Part shown: positions 1 through 11,145 of the stretch, piece after piece | Position numbering within the stretch: position 1 is the first letter of the stretch | How the letters are laid out: each line of letters opens with the position of its first letter | Origin: Isurus oxyrinchus | Taxonomy: Eukaryota | Assembly: GCA_026770705.1 (NCBI GenBank) | Contig: JANJGN010000001.1 | Location: forward strand, 149,668,001-149,732,000 | Reading direction: 5' to 3' | DNA length: 64,000 nucleotides | Notes under the pieces: model-generated | Seen by the model: only the letters and a program-made list of their open reading frames with translations | Database searches by the model: none | Told to the model about the DNA's origin: nothing | Position numbers and translations under genes: made by a program

Positions 1-656
1 GATGGACCACGTGAAAATGATGGAGGGGTGGAGAATGGAAGCAAAATTAATAAATTTTTCCAAGTCCCGACGAGAGCATGAAGCGGCACCGAAGTAATCA
101 TCGATGTACCGGAGAAAAAGTTGTGGAAGGGGGCCGGGGTAGGACTGCAACAAGGAATGTTCCACATATCCCATAAAGAGACAGGCAGAGCTGGGGCCCA
201 TGCGGGTACCCATAGCCACACCTTTTATTTGGAGAAAGTGAGAGGAGTTGAAGGAGAAATTGTTCAACGTGAGAACAAGTTCAGCCAGACGGAGGAGAGT
301 AGTTCGGGATGCGGATTGTTCGGGCCTCTGTTCGAGGAAGAAACTAAGGGCCCTCAGACCATCCTGGTGGGGGATGGAGGTGTAGAGGGATTGGACGTCC
401 ATAGTGAAGAGGAAGCGGTTGGAGCCAGGGAACTGGAAATTGTTGATGTGACGTAAGGTGTCAGAGGAATCACGGATGTAGGTGGGAAGGGACTGGACAA
501 GGGGAGAGAGAAGGGAGTCAAGATAACGAGAAATGAGTTCTGTGGGGCAGGAGCAAGCTGAGACGATCGGTCTACCAGGGCAGTTCTGTTTGTGGATTTT
601 GGGTAGGAGATAGAAGCGGGCCGTCCGAGGTTGGGCGACTATCAGGTTGGAAGCTG
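1..656 (-). mobile_element. Penelope-like element reverse transcriptase fragment, 5'-truncated, running off the window start
   Basis: Minus-strand translation gives RFYLLPKIHK...GRPIVS...TMDVQSLYTSIP...GVAMGTRMGP...FLRYIDDYF. Positions 1-150 closely match 46295-46445. Confidence 0.9.
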
Positions 657-850
657 TCTTGTTTGGGTAAGTGCAGCTCCAACAACACTCAAAACGCTTG
701 ACACCATACAAGACTAGGCAAGCTGCTGGATCAGCACCCCATCCACCACTAGTGCACAGCGGCAGCAGCATATACCATCTACAAGATGCACTGCAATAAC
801 TTTTCAAGGCTCCTTCAGCAGTACCTTCCAAACCCATGACCTCTACCATC
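657..850 (+). mobile_element. 3' fragment of CR1/L2-superfamily LINE (lineage B)
   Basis: GCAGCTCCAACAACACTCAA...TACCATCTACAAGATGCAC matches 47855-48040. Confidence 0.7.
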
Positions 851-1098
851 AATTTAAAAGTAGAAAAGTCAAAATTCTACGAACAATACTCTACTCTCCC
901 CCCAGGTTTGCATATTCCAGCGCTTCCAAATATTGCATGGCTGCATCAAGTGTGCCTGACTTCAGTGCCTCTCAATTATTCCTCCAACATGAGCAAGTGT
1001 CTAATTTGCCATGGGTAATGCAATGGGTGATCAGTGGTTATTTATTATAAATTATTACAATAGCAGCTGTTAGGAATTAAATAAGTTACATTTGTAGG

Positions 1099-1870
1099 TG
1101 TTAGGAATGAGTTTTAGTTTTAATGTTTAAGTTTGATTTGCATTTCTGTATTGTGTGTTAAGAAAGGTCAAGTTGAGTTTTCGTTTCACTTTAAAAGGTA
1201 CCTCCATTTCTACTGAGAGCTATACAACCGTTGCAGCTAAATTAAACAAAAGTTGAGAAACAGGGCTGTTGTCGAGCTACAGGGGTCCAGAGAGGCAGGT
1301 CCTTCCCACAGACACACACAGAAGAAACTAGAAACAGCAGTTTGATTTGGATGCTGTTTGAGTTCAGTTGGTTTTGAAAGTAGCTGCCAGGAGAGACTGA
1401 ATCAAAGGGGACAAGTAGCAAGTCCCAAGTTAAAGAAAAGACTCCAAATAAAGGGGAGTGGAACAGGAGAAACTGCCAAGCAGACCTTCTAGTCAAAGGA
1501 AAGACAGGAATCTGGAAATGGTCTTGTTAAATGAAGATAAGAGTGAGGGGCAGACAGAAAGGCTCAAAGTTTCAGATTTAAAGAGACAAAAGCAAAATTA
1601 AAGCAAGAACAGCTTGCAAGAAGCCAGAAGTTCCAAAGAGACAACTGAAGGTCTGTAACTCTTTGCTATGGGTGTGTGAAGCAGTGCTACTATTGACGGC
1701 TGAGTCAGCGGGAGAGAGTGCGTAGAAGACAGATTGAATGCGTGTAGTGACCCAGGGAAGAGGAACATCGGAAGGAGAGTTCAAAACCTTGGAGGTGAAC
1801 TTTTGCAGAAGATGTCTGAGAAAAAGCGTTGGTTTAGGAGAAGATTCCAAGGCGAGTTCATCAATGCTGA
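1099..1870. mobile_element. Possible LTR remnant
   Basis: Starts with TG and is a purine-rich non-coding block; no clear CA end or TSD found. Confidence 0.25.
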
Positions 1871-2504
1871 GATGTGTCGTTGAAGGAAGCTTGTCAAGTT
1901 ACTATGCCTGTAAATAGTACTGTAGCGATCAGTGCACATACAGTAACAGGAGGTGAACAGAGTCCAAAGGGAGAAATGCTTATCAAAAGGACTGCTTCAT
2001 TCTAGATGGTGCTGAAATTGAGTGCTGTCTTACTAGATCCATAGATATCTGATAAAGATAATCTTGAACAAGAGAAAATCAAGCTATTCCCCCCACCCCT
2101 GACCTTCAACAGCAAGATCATTGGCGGGTTCAGAATCATTAATCCTTTGTTGTTTAATGCTGATCAAAATGTTAATCGGAATAACCACATCAACATCACA
2201 AGAGCAAAGCTCGAATGGCTCATCTTCTAATGCCTCAATTTCCATCATTCAAGTCACCTGGATGGTTGCCGTTGCAATACACCCATGAAGACTGATATCA
2301 TCCCAAGAACAATTATGGTTAAAAAATTTAGCACTTTCTGGAGGTGGGCCGAAGGCAGCTGAGTTTTGTGCCTAGTCGGAGCTCATGGAAGATGGAGAAA
2401 GGGAAGCTGGTGAAAAGAGCATGGGAAAAGTTGAGCTTGGAGGTGACAAAAGCTTAAATGAGTTTCAGAGATAGTGGAGCCAAGATGCATATGAAGTTGA
2501 GTGA

Positions 2505-2835
2505 TGTTTGAAAAGACATGGGCTAATAAAGGAAATTCAGCACGGATTTGTTAAAAGCAAATCATGTTTGACTAACTTGATCAAGTTCTTTGATAAAGTA
2601 ATGGAGAGGGTTGATGAGGGTAGTACAGTTGATGTTGTGTATATGAACTTTCAAAAGGCATTGAATTAAGTACCACATAATAGGCTTGTCAGCAAAATTA
2701 AATCTCATTGGATTAAATGGGCAGTGAAGCAAGAATTCAAAATTGGCTAATGAACAGAAAACAGAGCAGTGCTGAATGGCTGTTTTTCAGACTGGAGGGA
2801 GGTATACAGTGGGGTTCCCCAGTAGTCAGCATTAG
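2505..2835 (+). mobile_element. CR1 RT fragment
   Basis: Decayed QHGFVK.KSCLTNLI.FF...VDVVYMNFQKA and GVPQ motifs. Confidence 0.85.
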
Positions 2836-2844
2836 GCCAACAGC

Positions 2845-4600
2845 ATACACTTATATTATGCCTTTAACATAATAAAACACCCCTAGGCACTTCACAGGAG
2901 CATTATCAAACAAAGTATGACACCAAACCACATAAGGAAATAGCAGGTCAGATGATCAAAAGTTTGGTCAAAGAGGTAGCTTTCAAGGAGTCTCTTAAAA
3001 GATATAAGTGAAGTGGAGAGGTAGGGATTCAAAGAGTTCCATGAAAGACGGGAATAGATTTGGGAGGTAACACGTTCAAAGACTCTGGAGAGGAAAGGGA
3101 GATTGGAGATAGAAGTTTACAAGGGTGGTGGGGTCAAGGGTTTTTTTTTGAGGGAAGGGTTGATGGTGGCAGATTTAAAGGAGAAAGGGACAACACCTGA
3201 AGAGAGAGAATTATTTACATTATCGGCTAATCTGGGGGTCAGGAGGAAAAGTTATGTGATCAGCAGTTTAGTGGGGACAGGAGCTGGGTCTAATGGACAA
3301 TATGAGCTCAGAGAGGACATGTGGGGAGATAGGAGAGAAACTAGACAAAGATACCACTTCAAAGCTAGGGCAGGATGAAGCATTACAGGAAGCTTGGTCA
3401 AGTGGACTAGCAGAAGGCAGGGTTGCGGCAGAGGCAGCTGATCAGATGGTCTTGACCTTAGTGATAAAGAAGTCAATGAGCTCCATGTACTTATTGTTGG
3501 AATTGAGGATTTTAGTTGATGGTCTGCAGTAGGGAAAGAAGCCAGGGTTATTTATTCTTTCCAGAATGATCCTTAAATAGTGAGCAGTTTTAGCAGGCAA
3601 GAGCAGGGCCCATGTAAGTGGTTTTAAGTGGTCCAGCCAGATCCAGCGTTTCATGGCTAAACTAGTTGTGCACCATATCCATTCAAGTCTGTGTTCCTTG
3701 GACCTAAGGGAGAGGGTGTATGGGCCATGCCAAAGGGAATGGTCATGTTGAGAGAGACTGATGGTCTTATAGGGGACTAGGTCAAAGAAAGAGGCGTGTG
3801 TGTGGTTGAACAAATTAGTAGCTGCAGAAATGTTGTGGTGAATGGAGGGCCAAAGGTATATCATTGAGATGTTGAAAATGCAACTGAAAGTAAACTGGGG
3901 AATAGCTTTTTCCAGATATGGATGGTAGAGTTGGGAAGGGGAATGTGGGTAGTGAGTAATACAAAGAAATGATCAGAGATAGCCTTATCTGTAACTTATA
4001 CCATGGTGCTAGAAAGACCATGTGCGATGGCAAAAATCAAGGGGATAGCGTGAATACGGATTAAGGAGTTTACACGTACCTAGGGATTTAGGGAGAATAA
4101 GAGGGCGGTGAACTCAAAGAGGGAACATGATGAACTGAGTTGCAGACTGAAATCACTGAGGATGACACGTTGTTCGGTGCAGGGGCAAAGGGAGGAAAGC
4201 AGTTTTGCTTATTTTGCTGTTAATTTTATTGTAATTGAGAGGGCAGTAGCAAACAATGATTTTGAAAGGGAGATGAGAGGGGTGAACAAGGTGATATGCT
4301 CAAAACAGGAGAAAGCACCAGGCCAAGGTGTGATCTGATGATAAGTGCCACATTGTCACTATGGCAGACTCAATGGGAAAAGTGGTGGAAGATGTAGCCA
4401 GTCAGGAGGCTTAATTAAGTGACAAGGTATCATCGTGATGTCAATGCAATCATCCACAGTAAGTTCATGGGTGGCAAGGGCCCTGTCCACAACTGAAAGT
4501 ACACTCTGGTGGGAAATGCGTAGAGGTTGGTGGCAGCTGATCCGCTGGCAGAGTTCACCAGGTCAGCCACGCGAGGGGTGAATTGGACAGACCACTGCTC
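2845..4600 (-). mobile_element. Degraded L2-type LINE
   Basis: Minus-strand remnants of L2-like ORF2 (AKTAHYLRIILERINNPGFF..., SSYCPLDPAPVPTKLL). A 3'-tail block at 2845-3000 is shared with 22960-23100. Confidence 0.65.
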
Positions 4601-4910
4601 TTTGTAATTATATTAATATCCTGGATTTAGGTATAGAGAGCATAATTTCAAAGCTGCAGATGATACAGAACACAGAAATGTAGTAAACAATGTGAAGGAT
4701 AGTAACAGGTTACATGAGGACAAAGGCTGGTTAAATGGACAGACACATGGCAGATGATGTGATATACTTTGATATGAAGAATGAGGAAAGACAATACTAA
4801 CTAAATGGTACAACCTTGAAAGGAGTGCAGGCTGAGACCCTCCGGGGGGTGAATTAATACTTATACATATGTTGTGCAGCAGGACAAGTTGAGAAGGCAG
4901 TTAACAAACA
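4600..4910 (+). mobile_element. Degraded CR1 RT C-terminal fragment
   Basis: Decayed ISK.ADDT and W.D.WQM motifs. Confidence 0.6.
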
Positions 4911-5495
4911 TGGGGATGAATTTTATGATGGGGGTGGGTGGGTGGCGACTTTTAAAAAAGGCTGCCTGCAGAGATAATGTGCTGGGGACAACCTTAACAA
5001 GCTGAGTGGTACATCAACCCCCCCCCAGGGAAAGGAAGTCCCACCCTCAAGAGCTGCTAACCAATCTGATTGGTCAGAAGCTGTGTAGTCCCAGCAGCAC
5101 CACAAGCAAGCAGTGGCAGCTGCTGGGACTACAAGCAGTCCTGAGTAAGAAAACAATATGGATAGGGTCCCAGGGGGACGAGGGGGGGGCTTTGCATGCC
5201 AGCAGGAAGCAGAGGGGATGGGGTGATGCCTCTGATGGGCACATGGCACTAACCACCTCCCCCCCACCCCCAAAAAGGAGCTACCCACACCACCCCCCCA
5301 TCCCTTCCTTCCCACCTTTTATCCCAAGATCATGAAAGACCAGGTGGCATTCATTGTTCTACCTTCCCCTGCCCACCAAATCATGGTGGTGGAAGCAGAA
5401 TGAGGCCCTTATCTGTATATTAATTGGCCAGTTAAGGGCCTCAATAGGCCTAAGGCTGGCAGGCAGGATATCCGTCCACAATATTGTGGGGGACA
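4911..5495. mobile_element. GC-rich non-autonomous interspersed repeat (MITE-like)
   Basis: Abrupt GC-rich non-coding block with G/C runs; terminal repeats not resolved. Confidence 0.35.
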
Positions 5496-5619
5496 GCTCG
5501 GGGGGTAAGCAGGAAGGTTTCCCACCCTTTCTATTTTACATGCTACCCCTCAGAACTACACCATTGGGGTGCAATAAAATGCCCCCATGGTGTGATCCTT
5601 GGCTTTTTCCTTGGTTCTC

Positions 5620-6870
5620 CTAATAGAGGTAGAATACAAGAGGCCAGTGTCAGAGAAACAGACTATATGAAGCACGCTGTGGGGCTGGACGAAGTTTATA
5701 AGCTAGGGAGGAACAAGGCCATGAAGGGATTTCAACACAAGGACAAGAATTTTAAATTGGAAGCAGTGGGGGTTTGGAGGCAATATAGGTCAAAAAGAAC
5801 CGGTGCGATAGGTGAACAGTCCTTGATAAAGAATAGGAAGTGAGCAGCAGATTTTTGGGTGAGCTGAAGTTTATGGAGCATAGAAAACTAGCTAAGAGGG
5901 GATTGGAACAGTAGAGTCTGAAAGTGACAAGCTCATGAATGAGGGTTAAGGCAAGGGCGGAGTTGGGAAATTCTATGGAAATAGGAGTAGGATGTCTTTG
6001 TGATGGAAACGATAGGGATTCAGAAACGAAGTAGGGGGTTGGCGGGGGGGTTAAATAAGACGCTGAGGATGTGAACAGTCAGATTCAACTTGAGATAGGT
6101 GTTAAAGAGGATGGATGGAATCAGTTGCAAAAGTACTGTGGCAAAGACCAAAGATGATAGCATAATTCTTCCCAATTGAAAGTAATTGTGACTAATCCAA
6201 GACTGGGTGTCTGGTAAGAGGTTTGACAACACAGGAGCATAGAGGGGTCAAAAGAGCTGGTGAAGAAATAAGAGCTGGAAGAGGAAGCGTCTAAGGATAC
6301 ATCCTTAGGAAACTTAAAAGGTAACTGCAGTGATGGAAAGAGAAACTATTCAGTGTTTTGACAGGAGCACAAACCTGATCTGAGTTTTTCAAATATGGAA
6401 CAGTGGCAAAGAAATCATGGATTAAGCAGCGGATAACACTTCAAGGACTTTGGATGGAAAATAAGGTTGGAAATGAGGCAGTAGCTTACTAGAACAGAAG
6501 AGTCAAGGGATTCTTCTGAGTACGTGTTGCCTGTGTTGACATGAGGAGACGGAACCATTTACAATGTCACCTAGCATGGAAGCCAGGGAGGAATATTTGG
6601 TGGTCAACAGTTTAATAGGATTGGAGTTGAGTTAACAAGAATTAGGATTTATAGGCCAGGTATATTCAGAAAGGGCCTGACAGAAGAAAGGGGAGAAACT
6701 GGAGAAGGATGCAGGTTAGGGCAGGGGGAACCCAGAGGAAGGTTTGACTTCATGGACAAGGCAGCTGAATGGATTGTCTCAATCTTAACAACAAGGTCCA
6801 CTTGTTAGACCTGAACATGGAGAGGGCAAAGAGAGGTTTAAGGAAACAGTTTGCAGTGCTAAAGAGAGAC
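5620..6870 (-). mobile_element. Degraded L2-type LINE fragments
   Basis: Similar to 3000-3500 and 23250-23750. Confidence 0.55.
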
Positions 6871-6875
6871 TGGCA

Positions 6876-7225
6876 GTTGTGGTATTGTCACTGGGCTGGT
6901 AATTAAGACACCCAAGGTAATGCTCTGGGGACCCAGGTTCAAATCCCACCACTACAGATAGTGAAATTTGAATTCAATAAAAATCTGGAATTAAAAGTCT
7001 AATGATGACCATGAAACCATTGTCGATTGTCATAAAAACCCATCTGGTTCACTAATGTCCTTTAAGGAAGGAAATCTGCTGTCCTTACCTGGTCTGGCCT
7101 ACATGAGACTCCAGACCCACATGCCCTTTGAAAAAGCCTAGCAAGCCACCACTTTCTCAAGGGCAATTAGGGATGGGCATAAATGCTGGCCTAGCCAGTG
7201 ATGCCCACTTCCCATGAATAAATAA
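6876..7225 (+). mobile_element. tRNA-derived SINE with lineage-B LINE tail
   Basis: B-box GGTTCAAATCC. The tail TTCTCAAGGGCAATTAGGGATGGGCA...GCCCAC matches the LINE end at 48251-48325. Other copies at 13180 and 35280. Confidence 0.85.
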
Positions 7226-7231
7226 CAAGTC

Positions 7232-7374
7232 AATTTAGTTCTGGTGAAGAGTCATACAGACTCAAAACGTTAACTGTATTCCTCTCCGCAGATGCCGTCA
7301 GACCTGCAGAATTTTTCCAAGTATTTTTATTTTTGTTTCGGATTTCCAGCATCCGCAGTTTTTTGCTTTTATCT
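7232..7374 (+). mobile_element. PLE pseudo-LTR 3' fragment with decayed hammerhead motif (7237-7275)
   Basis: AGTT-CTGGTGA-A-GAGTC-ATACA-GACTC-AAAA-CGTT-AACT, followed by the tail GATTTCCAGCATCCGCAG...TTTTATCT. Confidence 0.75.
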
Positions 7375-7817
7375 TAAGTCAATTTAGCTTTCCAGAGTGA
7401 GTCTGAAGTAGTGGGTGATTTTGGCAGGAATGAGACACCCAACGTGAGTGTTGTGTTTCTGCAAGTGCACTCAAAAATAGAACTGCCACAATCCATTCTG
7501 TTCCATTTGTCTGCTTCAAAAACTCCAAGGAGCATCAAGTGTTTTTGACTGAGTAAAAAAAAACTCAAGGATGAGTTTCAACTTTTTCTATCTGAACCAG
7601 TCATGTATTACTCAAATATAGCCTTTTGTTCTAGAAATTGAATATATTAATATTTTAAGAAGCAATCTTTGAATGGATGAATTGTGTAATACCCTTTTTC
7701 ATACTCAATTTTCTTTCAGTTTGGTTACTTTAAACTGTCAAACTTCTTAATTTTTCATGGCTATGATGCAATTTACTAACTTCTTACTGCAGAAAGCTTT
7801 CAAGTTTGCTTAACCAG

Positions 7818-7990
7818 AAACAACAAGGTCTGGAATGCACTGCCTGAGAGTGTGGAAGAGGAAGGAATGTGCAGAGTTATAGAGAGAAGGCGGGGGTATA
7901 GCACTAGGTGAACTGTTCATTCGGCGAGCCAGAGCAGACACAATGGACCAAATGGCCTCCTTTTGCGCTGTAACAATTCTGTGATTCTGT
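7818..7990 (+). mobile_element. CR1 3' end
   Basis: GGTCTGGAATGCACTGCC...AATGGCCTCC...ATTCTGTGATTCT tail. Confidence 0.8.
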
Positions 7991-8707
7991 AAGCGCACTG
8001 CTCAGTTACAATTGCACGTGAAAGCTCTGGTATCACTCTCCTTCTATATTGAGTTAATGAGTCTCAGGTGAAGTAAAGGTCATGATAAATGGCTTCAGAA
8101 TTCCTGTAATATGAAGAGTTGGAAGAACAAGTCAGCACAAGCTCCTGTTCTGACCAACATCCCAGTCACTTCACATGTGCAAACAAGGTCAAGTGAAGTT
8201 TCGTACCCAACACTAACTGACACTTCAAATCATGAAAAGTTGTAGCACAAAATCAGGACATTTAGCCCATCAAATCTGGGAGAAAGACACACACAAACTG
8301 AAACACAAGAGCACATTTAAATTTAAATACCTACTCAAATAACTCCAAAGACCCGAGTACATGCTGACACTCTCCTTCCTACCTTACCAGGCTGTGCCAT
8401 TCCAGATTCTGCCAATACCCTCTCTCCTTCAATACAATCCATTTCTTCTCACTCTTCCAAACATGTCAATCCTACCCATGAAAAGATTTCACCTGACTTC
8501 ACTCTTCTCAACCTCACTCCTAATGCTAAAGACAGCCATTCTGCCATTTATACACTGTAGGAGAGACTTTATGTTCCTTGAGAATACCCAATGTACAGAG
8601 CCCATAATTGCTGCTATTAAAAGTAACATTGAGAGGAAGGGGGCTAGGGCCAGTCTAGTAGCAATCAGGCTTGAGCAGGAGCTGAAGCAGGATCAAGGGA
8701 AGAGGTA

Positions 8708-8938
8708 AAAAAACAAAAACAGAATTACCTGGAAAAACTCAGCAGGTCTGGCAGCATCGGCGGAGAAGAAAAGAGTTGACGTTTCGAGTCCTCATGACCC
8801 TTCGTGGTCGAAGGGTCATGAGGACTCGAAACGTCAACTCTTTTCTTCTCCGCCGATGCTGCCAGACCTGCTGAGTTTTTCCAGGTAATTCTGTTTTTGT
8901 TTTGGATTTCCAGCATCCGCAGTTTTTTTGTTTTATCT
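8708..8938. mobile_element. Palindromic PLE-terminus insertion (95-bp perfect arms, 4-nt loop) with 13-bp TSD
   Basis: Arms at 8710-8804 and 8809-8903 around loop TGGT. TSD AAGGGAAGAGGTA at 8695-8707 and 8939-8951. Sequence matches the PLE ends at 44745-44875 and 47291-47386. Confidence 0.92.
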
Positions 8939-9444
8939 AAGGGAAGAGGTACCCTGTCTGTTGAGTTTTGTCAGCAAATCATGACATGCTCACTGAACAT
9001 CAAAGTAAAATGCTGTCAGCTGCCATATATGTAGACAGTTGTGGTAGGAACCAAGACATCAAAACACAGACTTCTTGATGTATGTGAAAAATGGAAATTA
9101 CTGAATAACAAAATGGCTCATTACACTTGGCATTTTGAAGCAATATTCAGACATTCCAGTAATACTTCCTATAAACTACAGGAATGACTGCATTATTTTC
9201 CATACTAAGTTAAGATACTGTAGCACTTACAGCTTGAATACTAATTGGATTTAATCAAAGAGGAAAAAATAATTTTGGACAGTACAAATTAGATACCAAC
9301 ATATTGCATTTTGCCAAGCATCAGAATAAATTACAAAATTTATATGATCACGCATACTAGATCGTAATGTAGAAAATGTTGGTTTTGGGAGTATGGGAAT
9401 ATTCTCTTGGTGTGACAAAGATAATAATACATCAGCTTTCTTAC

Positions 9445-9498
9445 CTGATCGAACTGCAAATCTTCACCTCTTTGCAATGATCTGGACAATGGTTTCTC
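9445..9498 (-). CDS. FRYL: FRYL next coding exon, 54 nt: EKPLSRSLQRGEDLQFDQ (phase 0/0)
   Basis: Acceptor TTTGTACTTTAG|GAG and donor CAG|GTAAGA. The peptide directly continues ...MAEPL in FRY/FRYL proteins. Confidence 0.95.
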
Positions 9499-9749
9499 CT
9501 AAAGTACAAATAATGAGAAAAGAAAATTGTGACTACACTGTGGCTTTCAAATAATAAAAATAATTCTCCATCAATAGTACTTGAGGCTATCGACCTTAAA
9601 CTACAAAAATGGAGTCATCTCATCAGCAGTTCTCACAAAAAAAAGATCCAACAGTGTGAAGGAAATTACTCCCAGGCTTTTTAAACAAACAAATAACTTT
9701 GACAACTTACCACTGTAACAAGGGACCAAATCAACAAAACACTGTCCAG

Positions 9750-10120
9750 GGACACAGAAGCAGAGTTAAGGTTTCGGGTCAATCACTTTTCATCAGAACT
9801 GGGAAAAGTTAGAAATTGAATAGACTTTAAGCAAGTGAAAGTGGGGGGTGGGGGATGGTGTGGAGAGGGTGGATAAAGAACATTTAATCTTTCCTGCCTT
9901 CTACCCTATTACAGACCTTCCCTTTTGATCCTGTCCCACCATCGCCCCTTTCATTTGTTTTAAATCTATTACATTTTTAACATTTCCAGTTCTAATAAAA
10001 TATTAACCTGAAAAGTGAACACTTGTTTCTCTCCCAGAGATGCTGTCTAACCTACTGGTATTTCCAGCATTTTCTGTTTTTATTTCAGATTTCCAGTCTC
10101 TCCAGTATTTTATTTTTCTG
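9750..10120. mobile_element. Older PLE pseudo-LTR pair in inverted orientation
   Basis: Minus copy about 9750-9880 with hammerhead motif at 9764-9800; plus copy about 9881-10118 with decayed motif and the CAGATTTCCAG tail. Confidence 0.7.
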
Positions 10121-10374
10121 ACTGTCAGCATTTGTTTAAGAATTAAATATTGTCAATTTCAGATTGTAGCAATGATAAAACCAGCAGGCAGGGGCTTCTT
10201 TTAAGCACTCTGCTGTTGTGCCTTCCAGGACTAGGAAAAGTTGTGCTTAGCTGACACCTCACTGCCTGAAGTACTAATTAGGACCCCTAACTAAAAGATC
10301 AATTCAACAGAAATAAACGCATTCTCAAGGATAAAAGGGCCTTACCTCCATACTGCTCAACAGATTTTGGCCAA

Positions 10375-11145
10375 GAACTTTGGAGGGGTAGCAGACAGTG
10401 AGGAGACAATTGACTGCAACTGGACAGATAGGCTAGCAACATAGGCAAACAAGTGGCAGACTGAATTCAATGCAGGGAACATGAGGTGATGCATTTGCAC
10501 TGGAGGGATAAGGAGAGGCAATATAAACTAAATTGCACAATTTCAAAGAATGTATAGATACAGAGGGTCCTCAAGGTTCATGTGCATAGGTCCTTGAAGG
10601 TGACATGGCATACTGAGGTATTGAGTAAAAAAAACAGGGAAGTTATGCTGAACCTTTATAAAGCTGTTTAGGACACATCTAGAGTACTATATCGTGTCCA
10701 GTTCTGGCCACCAGATGTTAGGAACAGTGTGAAGGCCTTGATAGGGTGCAGAGAAGATTTATCAAAACATTTCCAGGGATTGGGGATTTTAGCTACAAAG
10801 TTAGGTTGGAGAAGCTGTGGTTGTTCTTGGAGCAAAGAAGATTTGGAGTTTTGATAGACGTGTACAAGATTATTACAGGTTTAGATAGAAAAAGAAAAAG
10901 CTGTTCCCGTTAGTTAATGGTACAAGTACACAGGTCTGAGGTTTTGGACAAGAGATGCAGAGGGATATGAAGAAGAACTTTTTCTTTTAATGCAGTGAGT
11001 GGTAATGACCTGGAATGCACTGACTACGAAAGTGGCATGGGCACTTGAGAGAAATAAACTTGCAGGCGTGGGATGGAATGGGATGCTCTACAGAGAGTCT
11101 GTATGGACTCAATGGGCCAAATGGCTTCCTTCTCTGTTGCAATGG
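10375..11145 (+). mobile_element. Degraded CR1 3' portion
   Basis: KWQ.EFN, EVMLNLYK and VQFWPP motifs plus CR1 3'UTR. Confidence 0.85.

Noticed and set aside
8708-8938. MITE/DNA transposon, CRISPR array or terminator
   Set aside because: The arms are PLE 3' termini found attached to RT/GIY-YIG sequence at 44738-47389; there are no spacers and the context is eukaryotic.
1-9444. Next FRYL exon (LISSMSSVAEHCLPSLL...)
   Set aside because: Not found by eye on the minus strand; presumably beyond the window start.
10340-10420. Extra FRYL exon suggested by a minus-strand GTAAG donor near 10344
   Set aside because: The peptide is not FRYL-like, most of the stretch is plus-strand CR1, and the two real exons already join contiguously.
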